NCBI GenBank assembly: GCA_051362555.1
Contig: CM120640.1
Coordinates: forward strand, 51,190,788-51,254,787
Direction: 5' to 3'
Source: Lingula anatina
Taxonomy: Eukaryota > Animalia > Brachiopoda
DNA: 64,000 nt
A model generated the notes under the pieces. That model had not been told where the DNA came from. It saw only the letters and a program-made list of their open reading frames with translations, and did not search any database. This document shows, one piece after another, positions 38,701 to 52,069 of the stretch. Both the position numbers and the translations under genes were made by a program. Position 1 is the stretch's first letter. The number at the start of each line of letters is the position of its first letter.

Positions 38701-41700
38701 GGATTATGAAGGTAAATGTGACGCAGCCATGGTCATTCTTGGATCACAGACTGGGGCCATGAACAGTTTCAATTACTAATTTTATTGGATGTAGACTGAC
38801 AATTTGCAGCTTTTATAACTTCAAAAATGGAAATCAATATTTTTTTCCGACATCCTTAACAAAAACCAATATGTGCGCAAAGTTTTTCAAGATATCAGCT
38901 CCCTTCACATACTCAAAAACTGAATATGAGTGACAAATTGTTTCACTAGCTGTGATATAAAATAAAAAATATTCACCATCTGCCAAATTAAGCAAGAACT
39001 GGCACATAAATTCAATGCTCACTTTGATAGACTGGTGAGAGACAGAGACACTGACAGCGAATGTAGGAATCAATTATCTTACACAAGTTGTCTTTCGGTA
39101 AGATATGAGGATATCTCCTGGGAATTCTCTGCCTGTGGTTTTAACCCTTTCCCTGGCCAACTTATAAAGCTGAAAGGTTTCCTTTCAGTAATTGATATAA
39201 TATCAATCTACTATCAAAATGTTGCACATAGCACAATATTGAAATTTTGTAGAGCAATGTGAGAACTTTCAATGAATGTCAAGTGTTCTATATTGATCTG
39301 GGAATGCTGGTTTCTATGTCTATTACCCTAACACAAACATGACAGAATTTCGGGTGTTTTGATATCAAGAGAGAGCAAAGAGGTGACATATTTCACATCA
39401 TTTGGAAGAGTTTTTTAGCCTTGTCTTTTATATAAATCATAAACCCAATGCATCATTTGTGGTTCTTATTTTTTATGACAATATTTTGTGGACACAGTGG
39501 CTTTGGTTCAAGGTACCATATAATACAACTGCCTTTTGAATTTTCGACTAACAAAAATTTTATAAAATCATTGATCAAGAAATAAAGACTTCAAAATTAA
39601 ACCTTTAAAATATCTTTTCAAAAAAAAACAACCTTTTTCAGAAAGGAAAAAATAATGGATATATCTAGACTAACAAAATCAGATTTTTTTTCACATGAAA
39701 TGTGCGTAATCCTCAATATTCCAGACAACAAAAGTACAAAGGACCAATCTTAAGTCAAACTCAGTAAAACTCTGAAAATGTTCAAATTTTAGAACTGCTG
39801 ACAAATAAACATGTAAATGACTCAAATAAAGGCAAAGTTTGCTAAACTAGCAACATAATGGCAGTACAGATGCACAGGAACCTATCAATACGGTTACTAT
39901 GTCTTCCACCTTGGAGAAACTCCATTCAATTATGGGACCAGGTACATCAATTATTCACCATGGCCAAAGGTAAATAACAACTGGGAGCAACAAGGCCCAT
40001 GTGCAATCAAACCCAGATGAAGACACACAGAGAGGCTGAAATGGTGTTACATCAAAACCACTTATCAAAGACATGACTGCTGCCAATATCCCTATTCAAA
40101 ACTATAACCGGCAAATAAGAAAGGGAGTTATTTGCCTCAAAGAAAATGAATGTCATAGTAATGGTACCTTTCATCATGTGGTTACACAACTGTGCTTCAA
40201 TGGCAATTTATTTTACAAAGATCCCAATTCAAATTTCTCGTGTATATGCCAAATAAATATCAAGCAATATATCCAGACATGACCAGTGTTCTGTCTTGGT
40301 TTTTATATTTATATGTAGCTACAGATTTTATGAAAAATATTTCCATATGGGTCTTAACAAATACCCAAAATCTTTTAGTAGAAGTTGAAGTCTCCTAGCT
40401 GTTCTCTTTTCACTGGTTCTCTTTCACATGTCCTCTCACAGATCACAGGGGTATAATATTTTACATTTTACTTTTTGAAATTGCATATCAAACAGACAAG
40501 TTCCAATTCATTATATCTTTTTATATGTACAATTCTATTCCTGTCTGTGCTATTCACTGTCTTTTTGCACAGAAACATTAATTTTAAATGTATGCAACAA
40601 AATCATAACAACAATGTTCACCTGAACCTGCAGCCGTGATATCATGCCAAATGCACAGAAAAGAAAATAGTGAAAACAAAATATGATAAATATTAGATTT
40701 AATACAATAATCTACCCTTCAGATGTACGGTCTAGAGGTAGAAGTATGCATTACACATGTATAAAAAGAGAATGATTTAGTTTTCTAATAATAAAAAAAT
40801 TACTGTGTAATAAAATATGTTTAGGAATTAAATAGAATATCTGAAATACTAGAAATTATCACTTTCATTCTCTCACTTAATGTAAAAAACAAAATGTGTT
40901 TTCAAAATCTACATTCAAACAAGCTATGCATGCACTGTTAAATTTTATACATCAAAAGCATTTTAAAATAATAATTTTTTAAAATAAACTTCTTGGTACT
41001 AAATCTAACTGGGGCTGCTTAACTGGTTATTTGAATTGTTCTAAAATATCCAACAAAGGTGCCAAGGCATGCAGACATTGCACTTCCTTCTACATAAAAT
41101 TTCCCATTCCATCAGAACTGAGTATTCAAAAATTTTCTAATACACTATAACACTGCATAGCAACACTACAACAGCTATTCTTTATCTGTGTGTATTCTAT
41201 TGAACAAAAACAGTCCATTGATTTGTGCAATATATTTACAGTTAAACAAACAATCAAGACAGTAACCATCAAAGCAGGCAGGGAAATAATCTTTTAAAGG
41301 TTAACAAGGTACTACTGGTAGTTGATGAGAGGTTATTCTCATCCTGTTAGGATCCCATGCTACCACTGTTACAAAATTGAAAATGCATGTAAGTTAAAAA
41401 ATATCTACTACATATTCAAAGGAATATGCAGTTCACATATACAAGTATATGTACATGTATAATGTAGAGAGCTAATTTAGATGTGACAGCACTGAATCTG
41501 ATATAAAACAACAAAAAACATTGTTCATGTATGTTAGAGTATGCTTTACATTGCATATTGGAATAAAGCTTTGCTGTTCGTCGTAAGATGAACAGTACAG
41601 TTATAAAATGAATGTGTACATGGACCAAGTTTCTGTATACAACAGAGTTACTGGTGCAATGCATAATTCCATCCCAAGAATTGACAACCACTTAAATTAC

Positions 41701-42379
41701 TGTTCACTGACTTGGATTTAAGTGTATGTAGTGAACACACACACACACACACTTCATAAATGCCTATGTCAACACCCTGCCTCATTGGACACATATGGGA
41801 CTTCTCAAGCCATGCTGCTGACAACATTTTAGCTGCATGGCAACAATACATGCACAATAAATCCATTCCAGATAAACAACAGCAATATACCTATGATTTT
41901 GAGATTTTAGACACCACTTCATAAATATATAGAATTTTCAACACAGGCACTCACAATAGTTTTGTTGTGTCCCATGCCAAAATACTTGTGTACCATAAAA
42001 TGTACCAATACCAGCATTTAAGGTACCGGGTACATGGAAACCATGCAAGCATTCAAGGTATGAAAGCAGCCCTACACCACTACAAGCAAATATATAGCCG
42101 TACTGTCATAAAGAATTCATATTTGACTTTTAAAAAATCAGATATATAAAAAACTGGAGAAAGCCTACAGTTGTTCTTCTCTTATTTATATTATGTAATT
42201 AGTATGGTATGTTCAGGAAGATGTCACACGTACCTGGGTGAAAAAAAGGCAGAGGGGAATGACAGTAACAGGGAAGACATGCAAGTGGGTTGATGATGAT
42301 AGATTGCTGCACTGACATATCCTCAGCCATATTGTTACATACTGTTAGTTTTTCTCTAAAAATATGATACTGAGAGACC

Positions 42380-42417
<38 letters not shown>

Positions 42418-45400
42418 GAGGGGAGGGGAGGCTTAGAAAAATTAACACAATTTCTTACATCAAACCATTTTCAAACATGAGTCATTGGTGTGTGGGGCCA
42501 ACTTTAAATTTGTTATACAAAGGCAAGGTAATCTATCAGTGCAGGTATCTATGCTGAGGTCTCTTGGGATGGAATGGTATATGGAAGAAAAGGGTTTGAT
42601 GGATCTACTGTTAAGCACCCTGAGTTTCAGAAGAAACTGGAAATACAACTCTCTTCTATCTGCATGCCTCTCTGAAAAACAGGGTGCTACTGAGGGTGTC
42701 CAACATTTCGTCAAAAACAAGTTAACCAACACACAATATCTCACACTTCATCACAAAAATCTACACAACTAATTTATTAATAGTACTGCAAAGAAATGAG
42801 TTGCAATTTTTGAAGCAGCAGGGGTGGGGATAACACTTTTCACACTCTGAAGACATGTCTTACATTATTATTATTTGTCTTAAGAATGGAACTGGGGTTT
42901 GTAACACAAAAATTTGATCAAGGATGCAACACTTCCAGGGTAATTAAGGTTTGTCATCATAATAGTATTGTTGTTTGTTATAAACTTTAAGGGAGTCATA
43001 ATGACAGAATTTCAACAGCAATTATCATATATCAGTGTACAAATCTTTAATTTTGGGGCAGCAATTATTTCAAGATTTATTTATTTTTTGTCTTTTTATT
43101 CCAATTATTTCAAGATTAATTAATTTTTTTTTTGTCTTTTCTTTTCATAAGTATCATACATGTATTGCTATTATCTACAATGTTTAATATTCATTCTATG
43201 GTTAAAACTGGCCAGACTCCATTACTGAAGTTACAGATATAAGATAATAAAAATGTATTTCATAAAACTTAATTAGTTTATCGGTTATTCATGAACTACA
43301 CTCAATGGCTGCAAAAGACATGGGTAACAAACAAAAGCTGGCGTTTTATCAATACAGTGCATAATATTGTGTAAAGTACATGTTCAGAATGAAAATTTGG
43401 TCATTGTAATGTATGCTTCCATGAAAAAGTGACATTAATAAAATCACTCCTGTTAGAATAAAGTGTTTTCAAGTTGAAAATGTCTGATATAATTATGGTA
43501 AACTGTTGAAGAACACTGTATTTGATAAGACATGCTGCAGAGACAAAACATTATCCTGCATGCAACATCTTGTCCTCTGCTGAACCAAGCAAAGCAGGAG
43601 ATTGCTTTAGGTTACCTTGAGTGCAACTTGGCTGATCTAAAGTAAAAACATATAGTTCCTAAGTGATAATAGTCAATAACTGAATCTGGCATTTCTGAAT
43701 AACCAGATGGATTATTCGATATCATCAAATAAATAGTGCTTTTATCATTAAATGATTACTAAAGATAAAGCTGTTCCTTGGCAGCTTCAATTTAGCATTG
43801 TACAAACCTGGCTCTTGTTACATGTTTTTCTGCTTCTGCAGTTTGGAATCTTCTGGCTGCAGTGGTGGGTCGCGAAAAAAGCACTTCTCCATCTTGAGTA
43901 TTACATCTGAGAAAAAAAAATCATGTATGTATAAGGAATGGATGTTATGTGTACTTGCAACTTATACCTTTCATCCTTTTTTTCTTTAATTTTACCACCA
44001 AATAATCTTTATTATATCATTATAATAATTGCTTTACAAGTTTTTAGCAAGATATATATAGCTATGAATAAAGTCCGTTGAGTTTTTAAATTTGACATAT
44101 TTCATACTTACAAAGATGGTCTGGATTCAGTTATTGACTTCATATTATGGTGGCTAGAATATGATAAAAAACAAGTTAATTATTCTATACAAAAGTATTA
44201 AAAATGCATAAATTTTAAAAACCTCATGTCCACAGTGTGGAAACTTTATCAAATTACTCAGTATATAATCAAGTAAAATCACTCCAAGGTAATATTGATC
44301 TACCTTTGTCTCATTGCTTTTTCATGTTCTAGTTGCTGGAGTTCTCTGGCAGGATGGTGCATAATGGATGCCCGATGATGGTGACTGTCTAATATCCTGA
44401 TATTCTGAAACAATAAAAAGAGAAATATTAAGTTGTTTATCATCATGTTAAAGTTCCGTTATTACCAAGGTTAAGCATACAAACTGTTGTAACTCTAAAA
44501 AAACATTTTACATCATTCACAATCCAATTCTCTTTGAATTCTGAACCCTGAATTAAAATAAAAACATGAGGTTCACTTTTTTATCTAAAGGTCTTTCAGA
44601 AACAAAACTTAACTTTCATAGCTTTAAAAAAAAGCTCAGATGGGGGTTTAAATGTTTTATGTGTTATTTGAAGCATTTCCATTATTCCAGGATTCTGGGT
44701 CCCTGTATATTACTAAACAAACATTATATGTGGCTATCTTTGTAAGAGGTGTAAGAAAACAGTCCTTATTAATTACACCTGACATAGCAGTGCAAGAAGC
44801 CCATAATATATCTCATGCACTTGCTTTGCCAGTATTTAAGTCAGAAATTTCAAAACTCACTGCATTTTCATTTACATAGCTGGATGGGTGAATGCAAAAC
44901 CACCAAAACCTTTAACATGAATTGTATTTTGCTCATTCATTGGCAAATTATTCTGCTTTCTTGCCTTCATTATTCATCTAAACAAAGTCTTGCACCATAT
45001 GCAAACACTGTTTATTGAAATGCTATTCTGGTTTATTAGATTTGAAAATGCCACGGCCTGCAGTTGTGGCTTTTATGGCAGATGAAGTGACATTCGCCTA
45101 GAATCATAACAGCACACTACATGCTTTAATCTAACTGGCTTGACATATTAAACTTAAATCAGAGTATGCATTTCAGCAGACCACTTCTACTGTCATTCAG
45201 TAATGATTATTAATTCATATCTTGTAGATAGAATCACAGAATATATTTGAATCATTGGCACCAGTGTTATTTCTAAAACATTGGACCCTGCACATTTCAG
45301 CCAAAAAACATTTCAATAAAAAAGTCAATAAACAATAATTTTTATATGAGTGACAGATTAAGACTGACACTGATTTTGAAGCACAGAAAATAATAAAATT

Positions 45401-48400
45401 TAAAGTATAAGCTTTCCTGCAATCATTTGAATATCTGTAAACACTGTTTAACACTTTTTAATCCATTTTGTAACATGACAATCCTTTGAGTGATTCCCAC
45501 AGTATCTGAATTTGAAAAAAATAATACACGTACAGGTACCTGTAAAAATCTATGTGGACCAATGTAATAATGTATTTTAACATTAAAATTTATAATTTTA
45601 CATAACTGTACCTGTGTTTAGAAAAATACGAGCAATGATCTTTTTTTTTAACAAAGACGTCGATTTACCAAGAAAAATTAATAACTTACAAAATATCAAA
45701 ATACCCCAACTGTAATTATGTATACTGACTTCTTAGATATATAAAATGTCTTCAACGACTTTCAGATGCTCTGCATGTTATGAAACACAGAAAAAACTAA
45801 AGATATTAATCAAAATAAATAACATTTTTAATTTCAATTGTCCCAAGCTCTCATCCTTTAAAATATGTGGTTCACAAGAATCTTTGTCGATATTCAGATT
45901 TTCCTAAAAGCTTTCTCACTGAAGTGCCATTATGTTATTAGAGGGGTATCACCACCACAATCTATCCACTCTCACTATCACTATTTACTTTGCAAGTTGA
46001 TCGGCTCTGTCACACATGAAATCCCCATTCAGTAAATATCCCAGTTAAAAGGTGAGCAGCATCACCACACACCTCAAAGTGAATGTAATTTAATTCTTGA
46101 ACAAACAAAATTATAAGAGAAACTTCTTGTGATTGGCACTTCGCTGAGAAACAAAAACATGTGTCTCTACTTTGGAGTAAGGGGGAGATTTTGGAGTAAC
46201 AATATTAAATGTGCTTTTTTCTTTACAAACCTTCACTTTATGCTGGTAAATACATATAACAAGAATAATATATAACATATTTGTACCAACAGTAACTGTA
46301 CTTTTTGTAGTTAAAAAAAAATTAATAAGTTATGAACATACATTGCAATAATTGGCGATACATCTTGATAACATGAATATGAAAAAAAAAAAAAACTTTA
46401 CTGACAGAAACAGACCAGACATTAATTAAACTACATGCTATTAATGACAAGCATGTTTACTTATTAAGAATTCCAAATGCAAATGTCAACTCCCATAGCA
46501 TCAGCACATAAAAGATCTGCATATATAATTAAATCAATAACTAGGAGAATTCTTGTCAAAATAGAAAACGTTCCAATTAAATGCAATAAAAATTGTTACA
46601 GAAAAAGGTGCATGTGGTCTTTAGTGAATATGCTCCAGTTATAGTTTCTACAGTCCAATAATCCTTTGGCAATTGGTCTGCCTAATAATTTATTAAACCT
46701 CCCTGCGTGTATCTTGTAGAGTGTTAAATCAAGAAACATATAACCAGACTTATATAAATGTTATATTGCCATTTTGTAGAACCTTGAGTTTCAAAATCTA
46801 TTGAAAATTAATCTCTTCTTTAACCAGTGCTTAGCTAAGCAATATCACAGATCATATACATGACAGATGAGAGTCACCAAAGCTCTGAAACTTAAGGCGC
46901 ACATACATGAACATGTGGTGTAATTGGTGCACAGGTACTAAACTTTAAGTATCTTTAAATCATCTTTATTTGATCACAAATTAATGCACCTGTTTGCTTT
47001 CAGACCAACTTGTCTATACAACAAATAGCAGGAGCCTTTCGCCTACATGTTGACTCAGACCATGCATTTATTGGCACTTTCTATTTTGCACGGAAATATT
47101 CCATTTGTCTACTGAGAATGAATGTCCTAATATTCACAATCCAATCTGAGTATGCATTGTTATAGATGAAAACATGCATACACAATGCGAGTGAACAGGT
47201 AGCTATAAAACACTGTTGTTCTGCTTTTAACATTCTTTATGTTAGAAATGATAGTTTTTACATATTTTAAGGATGTTTTATTTTGCTTTTGGATACTTGA
47301 AACTTTCTTTTAAAAATAAACCTCATTGCAATCACAAATTTTTAATTAAAACGTGTTCAGATGCAGCTCTCAGTAGCTATACTCCAAATGAAAATCCAAT
47401 AAACACTGATGCTTTTAAGTATGGCAAAAAAAATCCCATCTAGCAACCACAACAGCCTGTCAAGACCAAACAGGTGACCAGTTTAAATCTATATAATTAA
47501 GAGGATATAACAAAAGCTCTTGACGTTATTGTTGCCCCCACAAACATCAATTGACACATAGCCTACGGCGAATCCAAATGGTTCTTTTCTTGAATATTTG
47601 CTGACAAATATAGCTTAATTCAACAAGGCCATGAAATGTGTTCCAAAACCAGCTAGCGTAATCACTGGAATTTGTTGGGCAGTATACCTTCTATAATATG
47701 TAATATCCTTTTAGTAGACAAATGTAGTATTCTTTGAATGGAAAAGAGAATTAATTTTTATATGCTGAAATAACTGCATCATTTTAGATTAAAAATGGCT
47801 GTCAACTAGCACTCATAATAGGTATTTCATAATGTATTAAAAACTTTTATAAAGCTCTTTTTCATGTTTAAAAAATATGCAAAAAGGTAACATCAAAAAT
47901 GGTTACCTAAACAATAATGCTGCTACATGATTAAGAATCCAATTATGTGCAAATAATTAATAAAATTACATCTTAGAACCAAGCATTTATGCAATTTGAA
48001 ATGAGACACATTGATTTCTTCTTCTCTTCTAGATGTACCATGGAGCAATTATCTTGTTAGTTTGGCCAGACTTGCTGATTTGATCCAGGTGTTATCTAAT
48101 TATCAGGTGTCTGCACTCTCAACATAAGTCACATCATCTTCTGAGCTTCTGATTTAATTAGGAATACTCATTTATTTAGTGACTACAGAGCATAAAATAC
48201 TGCTCAGATTGAAATGATATAGGACATGACAGCTAGAAGATTTATTTCATATGGACAACAGAACAACAGGTTTAACATGATAAACTAGAAATAAGACATA
48301 TTTGCACAAAAATGTCTGTTTACTATGCTTGAATCTTTGGACACAACAAAAATGTTTTCTTTTTTTTTTTTTTTTTTTATTAAATTTAGAGGCAATGTAT

Positions 48401-48967
48401 AATCACATTTTGCCACATTTGTAATTCAAATAACATTGAATATGAAATACTAATGCTAGTATAATTTTTTCTGGAACCACCTAATTTTTAACATTTTTGA
48501 AGTTCAAATGTGTATTGCTTGTCAAAGTATACCTATTTCAAGTTCAAGTCAATTAACTTTGTGTCCTTTTAATTCCAATCAAATAATATGCTCAGAACAA
48601 AAAAATATCATTCTATGCAAATCAAAATTTTCAGGGCAACTATTTGTTATATGACAAAATTTGACAACTAATTCCGTACAAAATGGCACTTTACAAAAAA
48701 ATTAAGTTTTTTTTTTATATGAATGATATATGTTATTTTTCATTTATCTAATTTTGTTCTCTTTCATTTTTAAAATGGTTCAGGTTTCTCATATTCTATT
48801 TCCATGATTAAAAAGATCTCCGGATCTCAATGTATCAATTAATGTTTAAATTCATATGTTTTATCATATTTTCATCTTCAGTCCTCAATTCTCACATATC
48901 ATATTAAAAAAAAGAAAAGTGAACAAGTTTATGAAGGCATGAATCTAACACAAGCTGTGTTTTGTAA

Positions 48968-49027
<60 letters not shown>

Positions 49028-52000
49028 TGCAATTTGCAATTACTTCTCCCCACTTCTCTTTGATTCTGATATAATTCTGGCTTTCATTTTTGTTCTAAAA
49101 GGTGTTAGTTGACTTATTCCAGAAGTAACTTAAGGTGTTGGGATAATAAAAACACAGTAACCATAGAGCCCAGCAGTTACCTCACAGTGGCCTTCGTAAT
49201 CATTTACAAGGCAGGTGATTACAACCTAATACTGGAAGTATTTTTCTGTTGTTTTAGAGTCAAAGGCACTTGTGTTGATACTCTGCGATTTCTGTTATTT
49301 CACTTCTATCTGGCCATAATTCATAATACCTCTGCTAAGGTTCTCTATTGACTGATTTTTGCTTCACCCACCCAGGGCTTTTCACCTGTTGTTTACACAG
49401 GGGGACCTTACACAACTCAACTGAAGCAAAACAGTTATGGTAAATGCAATAAATGCAGGATCTTATGACACTACAATTCATTTTAACTTTTGCTACTGCC
49501 GTGCAGCATTTAACATCAACTCAGCTAACAAATATGTATTGTTATCTTGAAAAACCTCCACAAACTTTGACAAAAGATGTAAAGAATCAGCAACCAAGGC
49601 CAAAGCAATTTCCATGTTATCTTTTCATTTTCAGTTCTGCAAACGTGAAAGTAGATATGTCCCACTGCTGTAGGGGTCATGCCAAATTCATTTGGGGGGT
49701 TAAATGCCTATTGGTTCTTTCTACCCTGGAATATGACTTATGTACTGATGTTGTCATGGACGACAAATACAACAATGACCACAAACCCATCTGACTGACC
49801 CTCTGACTGCATGGCCATACCTACATGTACTGACCACAAATATATCAGACCTTGCCATCAAGCTACAAAACTTTCCCCTTTGGCTTAAGAATGAAATCAA
49901 CTTTTCTTTAAAAAAATGAAGAAAAGAGAATTATGGCTATAACACACTTGAATGAAAATATCTAATAAACATAAAAAATGTACAGATTCATTTTTTCTCT
50001 TCAAAGAAATTGGCACTTTTAAAATGAGACTACATACTACTGGTGAAACAATATCACTTTTATAGCTGCTTTAGAAAATCAGCCAATGCTTGTGCTATCT
50101 AATTAGTATGCTCTAGTGGGAGACTAATACTAAGCTTTCCTCCAGACATATGCATCTGGTCCCAACTCCCAGCTATTCCATTGGAAAAAACATATTATAA
50201 TTTTCTGGTAAACTGGGTTTTATCTTGATATAAAAACTATCAATCAACATCTTTGATTTAAGCTACTTATCAGTCAAGTAATATGTTTTTTAATAAACAT
50301 ATTACATTTTAACTACTGCCCTTTATCAGAGTTTAGCACTATGACATTACATAATTTCAGTAAAATTATATCAAAAATAATTTCTAAAATTGTATGAAAC
50401 AACCAAACCTTTAAAGATGTCTGGATTATTGGAAGATTAGCTTAATCAGGATACTAAGATTTCCTGACCTAAGTCACCAGCAACATGTCTAGAAGAGAAC
50501 ATTTACATAATGGTTTGGGATTTAAGGCATTAATAAAGAGTAATCTTTTTACCTTTTAAACTTTGCCATAGCAGTCTACAACATTTTAAGAATGCATCAC
50601 TTAACCAGTTTGAATTTCACAAACTCTAACATCAAGAAACTATTTTCAACTCCTACTGGTTGCCTCTATCATTGAACAAATCAACTAAACTGTGACACCT
50701 ACTAGTATTAATAAAACTCAAGTACCACATAAATTTGAAATAAAGCAAAGAGAGAAGAATATCATTATAAATAAGATGTTGATCATTCTACCCAAACTGT
50801 GCAATATGCATAATTAATCTCCCTGGCACATCCTACAAAATGGTAAGGCATAATACACATTCAATAAATTTCCCAGCAGAGACTGTGCAGTCTTTATTTA
50901 ATACGCATAACAATAGTAGTTACTTCATTCAGGGCTGTGTAAATGAGGCAGCATAGCCCATCTTCATTATCTCCAGAAAGAGCACTTGTCCTTCTGATAT
51001 GATAAGCACATACAGTAATCAATAGTAAATTGCACTGGAAAGATGTTTCATCAAATGAAGATGTGCACGTACAAGTATATTGTACTAATCATGACATCTT
51101 TCTCTTTGTGTCCGCAAATGAACCAGGGCACATCTAGCACCCTGAGATCTTGAGTTAAATGTATCTTAAGCACCTTGTGCTGCTGACGTATGACATATAT
51201 TTAACTAAAATATACTACTGCCATTCACTTATCATATATTAACAATGATTTTCTAACACTGATTTATGGGTTTCATCCTTATTTTCATGATAATATGAAA
51301 ATAGCTAATCTCTGTTATTCATACTCACCGGGACGCTTCCTCCTCCATCACCACCACTGACTTGTGCCTTCTTCTTGCACCACCAGCCATTATCTTGACA
51401 GTACGCCAAGAGCACCATTAGAGGAAAAAATAACAATGTTACAACAGCCTCCCAAATGTCAATGATGCCTTTCGTGTTCCAGTTGACAACTACAAGCATC
51501 CACACATAAGCAAATATAGACCAAATAGATGTCTGTATGAACACACCAACTTCCCGCACCTTTTTTACTTGAGGGTATGGTACGCTAATGATACATATTG
51601 AAGTAATCATAAGTAAATTAAATGCAGCACTTCCAATGATTGTAAAAACACCTAAGCTATCTTCAATTGATTGGGTTGGTGATAATTTTCTAATGCCCTC
51701 AACAATTGCCAGGAGAATTTCTGGGGCACTGCTTCCAAGAGCCATCAAAGTCAAATTGGCAACAGTTTCATTCCAGATAAGGATCTTCCTTTCTATTTTT
51801 TCCTGCTTTTCTTCATCCCACTTTATAACAGTCTTCTTTTTACTTGTGATAACTTCTATAGAACCCATAAAAATATCACTAGCAATGGCAACACCTATAA
51901 ACAAGTAAAGCATTGCTACTATGTACAAGATACCGCGTAGATATAAGTTCCATAAGTTCTCTGCTGGTAGGAGAATAAAGCTTTCACATGGTGCAGTACC

Positions 52001-52069
52001 ATTATCCGTTGTTTCAATGATCCAACCATTAGTGAAGTTGGTATAGTGGAATGTCTTTGCAACCGCCAT
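26011..52069 (-). CDS. SLC8A: Sodium/calcium exchanger (SLC8/NCX/Calx family), ~883-892 aa
   Basis: Exons 5'->3': 52069-51329, 44404-44304, 43906-43808, 38269-38124, 37887-37788, [37328-37301 or 36638-36584], 34437-34258 (GC donor), 34112-33950, 33792-33669, 33395-33266, 31831-31741, 28159-28078, 27910-27788, 27588-27513, 27071-26918, 26615-26440, 26148-26011 (TGA); phases are all compatible. alpha-1 [22 protein letters not shown]; alpha-2 [12 protein letters not shown]...[24 protein letters not shown]; two Calx-beta domains (YSVLESAG...[12 protein letters not shown]); C-terminal VGGELGG. Confidence 0.93.
30276..30299 (-). CDS. Candidate 24-nt NCX microexon after CBD2 (GKKKGGFS in phase 1)
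   Basis: Minus strand ttgcacttgcatgtgctccag|GGAAGAAGAAAGGAGGGTTCTCAG|gtaatg; frame-preserving, purine-rich, no stop. Confidence 0.6.
36584..36638 (-). CDS. Alternative NCX cassette exon B (phase 2->0; [18 protein letters not shown])
   Basis: atatgttcag|TTTGAATGG...TCTGATAAG|gtacct; 55 nt, open in the frame needed to join the flanking CBD1 exons. Confidence 0.6.
37301..37328 (-). CDS. Alternative NCX cassette exon A (phase 2->0; [10 protein letters not shown])
   Basis: tatattttcag|GTCAAAAACCAAGAGGGCTATAGTTGCT|gtaagt; 28 nt with strong splice sites; restores the frame. Confidence 0.7.
48971..49024. repeat. (TA)n microsatellite
   Basis: Direct reading, in the first coding intron of NCX. Confidence 0.95.

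Noticed and set aside
42614-42688. 18-bp inverted repeat (agcaccctg...cagggtgct) as a structured ncRNA
   Set aside because: Short, lies in a repeat-like intronic patch, and is most simply a MITE remnant.
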